This document shows, in pieces, positions 59,027-64,000 of a stretch of DNA of 64,000 nucleotides (position 1 is the stretch's first letter; each line of letters begins with the position of its first letter). Under the pieces are notes generated by a model. The model was not told the DNA's origin. It worked only from the letters and a program-made list of their open reading frames with translations, and did no database searches. The DNA lies in the NCBI GenBank assembly GCA_028697015.1, contig JAQVFW010000002.1:5287-69286 (forward strand), given 5' to 3'. A program made the position numbers and the translations under genes. Origin of the DNA: Minisyncoccota bacterium. Lineage in GTDB: Bacteria > Patescibacteriota > Minisyncoccia > Minisyncoccales > GWA2-38-27.

Positions 59027-59506
59027 TTATCTTCTTTCCCAAACAATGAAAGTAAAATCGTTAAATTCTTCTTTGCTTTTAATTGTCCATTTTTTTGTTT
59101 TCTCAAAATCCGGGAAAAAAACATCTCCTTCAAAATCGCTCTTCATGTGGGATATATATAGGAAATCTGCGTCTTCCATTGCTTGATTATATATTGAGCC
59201 CCCTCCAATAATAAAAATATCGCAATTATTTTTTTTTGCATATTCTTTGGCGCCAGTTAGTCCTTCTTTATAACTATCGTATCTTTCGGCATCGGAAAAA
59301 GATTTTTTTTCTCCCGTTATCACAATATTTTTCCTTCTTGGAAGGGCTTTGCCTATACTCTCGTAAGTTTTTCTCCCCATTAAAACAACATTATTCAATG
59401 TTTTTTCTTTAAAATGGGAAAAATCTTCCTTGCTATGCCAGGGAATTTTACTTCCTTTTCCGATAACGTTATTTTTTGAAACAGCTGCGATTATAATTAT
59501 TTTCAT
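59027..59506 (-). CDS. folA: Dihydrofolate reductase
   Basis: VIG...IPWH..ED..HF, MGRKTYES, IIGGGSIY, GDVFFP. Confidence 0.96.
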   Translation of the reverse strand: MKIIIIAAVSKNNVIGKGSKIPWHSKEDFSHFKEKTLNNVVLMGRKTYESIGKALPRRKNIVITGEKKSFSDAERYDSYKEGLTGAKEYAKKNNCDIFIIGGGSIYNQAMEDADFLYISHMKSDFEGDVFFPDFEKTKKWTIKSKEEFNDFTFIVWERR

Positions 59507-59515
59507 TTGGAAAAA

Positions 59516-60691
59516 TTAGTTTTCAATGCACAAGATACGTTTTTTTTCAGCGCATCCTTTTCCTGTAATTTTCAGAAAATCTTCCTCTTCTTCCGTTGAA
59601 AGACCGCCTATCCCCCTTGCGTCTATTGGTAAACCTTGAGAAGTGTAACAGGTTGGAATATCCAAAGAAGGTATAATAGTATTATCTGAAGAAGGAATAT
59701 CGTCAATAACTGTAGCTCTAACTTGTAAATTTTCAGCAAGAAGACGGCTTACTGTTGTCCATCCTTGGCAAGAAACAGTGAAGCTGTAATTGTCCTGAGC
59801 AGTTCTTCCTCTTGGAAAAGTAATTTCAATGCAATTAACTCTATCTGCAGTTCTTATTCTTCCTGTCCATATATTTGAAAATTTTGTAAAAAAATCTTCG
59901 CTGACTTTTTCTTTAACATCGCTTTCTATATCAAAAAAAGATAAAAAACCGTTAAAATCGTTTGATAAAAGCCGATGGCAAGTATCCCCTCTTCCTAGCT
60001 CCCCTTCGGGAGTTGCTTCTACAAAAACCCCGCTTGTTCCCTTTGGTGTCCTTGATAACCGCTCAACGGCCGTATCAATATCTCTGTCTCCTCCTATAAA
60101 AGCAGTCCAACTTCCTTCAAATCCCAAATCTTCAGCTTCTTTCTGGCATATTTCATCGGCTCCTGAAAATCCCTTCAAGTCACCATCATACATTTCATCT
60201 GTGACAAAAACCCTTCTTATACCAGGGTAACTAATAGGAACATACGGTCTATCTTCTGAAACCGACAAGCTGTCACAACTGTCAATATCGGCAAATACGA
60301 TAGAAAAGGGGCCCTTTGAATAATCTATTAAATTTTCTTCTCTGTAAGGATATTCAAAAACGGCAATCCAATAATTATCTCCGTACTTTTGTCCAGGTTG
60401 GATCTTCCAGTTATATTTTCCCTCTCGTCCGTCTAGTTCTTTTGCGATCCATTTTGGTTCTTTACCCATAAAAAGAACTATTCCCACTTTTTCTATATTC
60501 CTCGCTTTCCAAACAATTTCATAAGTTTCGCCTATGAACATTTCCTCCCCGCTTACGGGATAAATAAGCTCTAATTGTTTAATGCCGCTTCCGGAAAGGA
60601 AAACAAAAAGCAAAAGCGCTCCAAGTCCGACAAGGATGATTATAAAGATAAAAATTTTTTCTATATTCATATTTATTTCTAGCGTATTCAT
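59516..60691 (-). CDS. Membrane-anchored protein with Ig-like and endostatin-like (DUF1554-like) domains
   Basis: TM helix, YP..GE....G..YEI.W Ig-like start, RVFVT...GDL.G..GADEIC, terminal C....RILCIE. Confidence 0.65.
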   Translation of the reverse strand: MNTLEINMNIEKIFIFIIILVGLGALLLFVFLSGSGIKQLELIYPVSGEEMFIGETYEIVWKARNIEKVGIVLFMGKEPKWIAKELDGREGKYNWKIQPGQKYGDNYWIAVFEYPYREENLIDYSKGPFSIVFADIDSCDSLSVSEDRPYVPISYPGIRRVFVTDEMYDGDLKGFSGADEICQKEAEDLGFEGSWTAFIGGDRDIDTAVERLSRTPKGTSGVFVEATPEGELGRGDTCHRLLSNDFNGFLSFFDIESDVKEKVSEDFFTKFSNIWTGRIRTADRVNCIEITFPRGRTAQDNYSFTVSCQGWTTVSRLLAENLQVRATVIDDIPSSDNTIIPSLDIPTCYTSQGLPIDARGIGGLSTEEEEDFLKITGKGCAEKKRILCIEN

Positions 60692-60722
60692 GCAATTTCC
60701 TTAAAATGCAAAAACCGCAAAT

Positions 60723-61331
60723 TTATTGGCAAACAAAATCCACCTTTTCCCTTATATTCCCAACAATTTTTCTTCTATTTTCTACCATTTGAAAAATTTC
60801 TTCCGTTTCTTCTTTTTTGACGTAAAGAGAAGCGTAATAAAGGTCTTCTTTGCAATTTTCTTTAAAGCATGGGTATAAGAAATGAGAAATAAGCTTTTCA
60901 TTTGTTCCTTCCGTGCCTACATATATCATTTTGTAATCTTCTGCTTTGCAAAAAACGGCAATTACGGTTTCTTCGGAAAAAGCAACTGATTCATCTAAAA
61001 TAAACGGTCCTTTAAAATAATACCCTCCCACCTCAATATACTCTACAGAAGGAGGAAAGAAAGAGGCCGGACTTTCCGGAAACTCTATCTCTGTTGTTAA
61101 TTCTTCTTCTTTCTCTTTTTCTGGCGCAAAATAAAATCCTATTAAAAGAAAAAAAATGGATATAATAACAAGAGTGGACAATATTTTTACGGCAAAAGAA
61201 GAAATTTCAAATCCTAAATTGGCTTTGCCTTTTCTAATTAAAAATTCTCCATAGATAAACAGCGAAATAAGGAGCATAAAAAAAATAAGAAGAACAAAGG
61301 ATATAAGGGGAACAAAATCAATTAAATTCAT
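60723..61331 (-). CDS. Hypothetical membrane protein
   Basis: Two N-terminal TM helices and a soluble Cys-containing domain. Confidence 0.6.
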   Translation of the reverse strand: MNLIDFVPLISFVLLIFFMLLISLFIYGEFLIRKGKANLGFEISSFAVKILSTLVIISIFFLLIGFYFAPEKEKEEELTTEIEFPESPASFFPPSVEYIEVGGYYFKGPFILDESVAFSEETVIAVFCKAEDYKMIYVGTEGTNEKLISHFLYPCFKENCKEDLYYASLYVKKEETEEIFQMVENRRKIVGNIREKVDFVCQ

Positions 61332-61861
61332 AATATTTTTATAATTTCTCTAGCAAACAGCTCTGATGCTTCCGGCATAGAACCGGTTACTATTTTTCCG
61401 TCAATAGCAACGCTTTTTTCAAAATATATCGCTCCTGAATTCTTTAGTTCCTTTATTGCCGATTTATCCATCTGAGAGCTCCAAACTGTCGCTTTCCTGT
61501 TTTCTAAAACACCGGAGGAAGATAAAATCAAAGGAGCAATACAGATAGCTCCCAATACTTTCTCTTTTTTTTCTGCTTCTCTTGCTATTTCAAGGCATCT
61601 TTCATTTTCAACGTATTTTTCAGCTCCCGGCCCTCCTATAAATACAACCCCATCAAAATCATCAACGTTTAAATTATCAATTAAATCATCAACCTTTGCT
61701 TCCCCTCCGAATTTGCCAATGGCCTTTCCAAGAAAATCGCTAAATGTTTTTACCTGGATCTTTTCTTTCTTGAAAATTTCCTTGGGAATAAAATATTCTT
61801 CATCCCTAAAATCTTTAAAAGCAACAATTAAAGCTATTCTTTTTATCTTTTCTTTTTCCAT
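61328..61861 (-). CDS. DJ-1/PfpI family protein
   Basis: FRDEE, FIGGPG, GAIC. Confidence 0.92.
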   Translation of the reverse strand: MEKEKIKRIALIVAFKDFRDEEYFIPKEIFKKEKIQVKTFSDFLGKAIGKFGGEAKVDDLIDNLNVDDFDGVVFIGGPGAEKYVENERCLEIAREAEKKEKVLGAICIAPLILSSSGVLENRKATVWSSQMDKSAIKELKNSGAIYFEKSVAIDGKIVTGSMPEASELFAREIIKIL

Positions 61862-61887
61862 GGCTTTATTCTAACATTCCAAGATAT

Positions 61888-62877
61888 TTATTTCAAATAT
61901 TTTTGTTTTGCAATATTATGTTCTGTCAAATTCCTACTGAAAACAGTTTCTCCTTCAAGCGTAGAAAGATAAAAAAGAAAATCGCTTTTCTCCGGATTAA
62001 TTGATGCAACAATACTTGAAAGTCCCGGATTTGAAATTGGACCCAAAGGAAGCCCTTTATAGAGATATGTGTTATAAGGAGAGTCAATTTTTAATTCTTC
62101 AAGAGAAATTCTCGTGGTTTTCTTTTTTGTAATATAGGCAATCGTTGCATCAACCTGAAGAGGCATTCCAATTTCAAGGCGCTTCCAAAGAATTCCTGAA
62201 ACTATTTTTTTATCTTCAAATGTTCTTACTTCTTTTTCAATAAGAGAAGCCATATTTATTATTTCAAAAATTGTTTTCCCTTTAATAGAAGTATTGTCTA
62301 TTTTTTCTTTAAAATTAGAAAGCATTTTAAAAACAATATCCCTGCAAGAGCTGTTAATATTCATCTCATAGGTGTCTGGAAAAAGATACCCTTCAAGATT
62401 AAGATTCTTTGGCTTGTCTTTTAAAAAAGAAAATTGGTCCGAAAAATCTTCATTAACGATATTAAAAAATTCTTCCTTAGAGCAAATTTCCTGTTCCGCT
62501 AAATAGTTTCCGATATCCTCAATATTCCATCCTTCTATTATCGTAATCCTTTTTTTTATCGTATCTCCTTTTGAAAGCTTAACAATTATATCCTTTACCC
62601 CCATTGAAGGAGAGAGCAAATATTCTCCCGCTTGAAGACTCCTTCTCTGGCCGCTTAAAAAAGCATAGATAATAAAAGAATATCTGTTTTTAATAAAACT
62701 TGATTTTTGAAGATTCTCGGAGATTAAAATAATACCCTCACCTTTTTCAATTGAAAAAGGTAAAAATTCTTCCTTTGTGATATCTTTGGGATTTATTGTT
62801 TTGATAAAAAAAAGAAAAGAAAAAAGCAGAAAAATGATTATAAAAGATGCAAAAATAAAAATAATTGTTTTTTTCAT
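61888..62877 (-). CDS. mltG: Endolytic transglycosylase MltG
   Basis: LEGYLFPDTY, ASLIEKE, LQVDAT, SPYNTY, GPISNPG. Confidence 0.95.
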   Translation of the reverse strand: MKKTIIFIFASFIIIFLLFSFLFFIKTINPKDITKEEFLPFSIEKGEGIILISENLQKSSFIKNRYSFIIYAFLSGQRRSLQAGEYLLSPSMGVKDIIVKLSKGDTIKKRITIIEGWNIEDIGNYLAEQEICSKEEFFNIVNEDFSDQFSFLKDKPKNLNLEGYLFPDTYEMNINSSCRDIVFKMLSNFKEKIDNTSIKGKTIFEIINMASLIEKEVRTFEDKKIVSGILWKRLEIGMPLQVDATIAYITKKKTTRISLEELKIDSPYNTYLYKGLPLGPISNPGLSSIVASINPEKSDFLFYLSTLEGETVFSRNLTEHNIAKQKYLK

Positions 62878-62889
62878 AATATATTGATT

Positions 62890-63498
62890 TCAAACCAGAG
62901 GAACAAAAGAAAATCCGTAAAATTCTTTCTTGTCAAAATTGCCGTTTCTCTTTTTTTCCAAAAGAATAATAGATGATTTTACGGGAATTACAATTTTCCC
63001 GCCAGTTTTAAGCTGTTCTTTTAAGCTATCGGGAACAAATTCTGCCTCTGCCGAACATAGTATTTTATCAAAAGGAGCTTCTTTTTTATATCCTTTCTTG
63101 CCGTCTCCAAGAATAAAACTAGCTATCCCCTTTTTTACAAAATTATACTTTGAAACATTTTCTTCTCCAACTTTCAAAAGCTCAGGAATAATTTCAAGAG
63201 CAATAACTTTTCCTTTTTTACCGACAATACAGGACAAAATAGCGGTTGTAAATCCGGATCCAGAACCAATGTCTAAAATCTTTTCTCCTTTTTGAGGAGA
63301 AAGAAGTTCAAGCATAAAAGCAACTGTCAAGGGCTGGGATATTGTTTGACTATATCCAATGGGCAATGCGGAATTTTGTTCTGAAAGTTTTTTTACGTTT
63401 TTGGGAAGAAAATCCTTCCTTTTAATTATTTTAAAGGCCTCTATTATTTCTTTCGTCTTCAGATAACCGTCCTCAATTAAAATACTTGTTAAATCCAC
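62890..63498 (-). CDS. pcm: Protein-L-isoaspartate O-methyltransferase
   Basis: QTISQP, LDIGSGSG, APFDKI, FVPL. Confidence 0.94.
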   Translation of the reverse strand: MDLTSILIEDGYLKTKEIIEAFKIIKRKDFLPKNVKKLSEQNSALPIGYSQTISQPLTVAFMLELLSPQKGEKILDIGSGSGFTTAILSCIVGKKGKVIALEIIPELLKVGEENVSKYNFVKKGIASFILGDGKKGYKKEAPFDKILCSAEAEFVPDSLKEQLKTGGKIVIPVKSSIILLEKKRNGNFDKKEFYGFSFVPLV

Positions 63499-63976
63499 GA
63501 TTTTTTAATTTAAACTTTAAGCGGCTAAAGAAAGGAAGCCTGTCAAAAAACAAAATTCCGTAAAGATGGTCTGTTTCATGCTGAAGTATCCTTGAAAGTA
63601 TTCCTGTTGCTTCTATTTCAAGTTCTTCTCCTTTTAGATTAAATCCCTTTATTTTAATATAATCGCTTCTTTTTATTTTTAAGAAAATATCAGGGAAACT
63701 AAGGCATCCCTCTTCTTCGATTGTTTTTTCTTTTCCGTACTTTATTATTTTAGGATTAATTAATTCTTTTATCTGTCCGCTTTCAATGTCAATAAACACT
63801 ATTAATTGCTTGCTTATTCCCACCTGAGGAGCGGCAAGCCCAACTCCTTCCTCTTCTGCCATTTTTTCTTTCATAGCGAAAACAAGCCATTCCAGTTCTC
63901 TGTTAAAATGCTTTATTTCCTCTGTTTTCTTCCTTAAAACAGGATCATTAAATTTTCTTATTTCAAAATCTTTCAT
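63473..63976 (-). CDS. def: Peptide deformylase
   Basis: GVGLAAPQ, EGCLS, QHETDHL. Confidence 0.97.
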   Translation of the reverse strand: MKDFEIRKFNDPVLRKKTEEIKHFNRELEWLVFAMKEKMAEEEGVGLAAPQVGISKQLIVFIDIESGQIKELINPKIIKYGKEKTIEEEGCLSFPDIFLKIKRSDYIKIKGFNLKGEELEIEATGILSRILQHETDHLYGILFFDRLPFFSRLKFKLKNRGFNKYFN

Positions 63977-64000
63977 GGGTATTATTCTAGCATATTTTAG

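Overview
AT-rich bacterial chromosome segment with nearly all genes on the minus strand. The 16S signatures and gene content point to Patescibacteria/CPR (Parcubacteria-like; inference). In order, it holds the 3' part of a large serine recombinase running antisense through tRNA-Ile, a YbaK gene, a stand-alone 16S rRNA whose 3' end lacks the CCUCC anti-Shine-Dalgarno, a three-gene HTH/small protein/ParB-like module beside tRNA-Thr, and translation genes (tsf, rpsB, rpmE, prfA, rplY). Next come a 2,679-bp tandem duplication (ferredoxin, hypothetical, fba, pfkB), a central-carbon/redox cluster (ppsA, acs, gap, gpmA, eno, trxB), a divergent FtsZ, two solo PD-(D/E)XK nucleases, a nine-gene Na+-type V/A-ATPase operon, a CYTH/PyrH chimera, a MurL-MurD fusion, pyk, mgtE, surface proteins, argS, rplJL with an L10 leader, folA, mltG, pcm and def. 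The most striking window-wide signal is that about ten genes have a sigma70 -10 box only 6-9 nt before the start codon (leaderless mRNAs), alongside the altered anti-SD. All calls come from reading motifs; no database searches were run.
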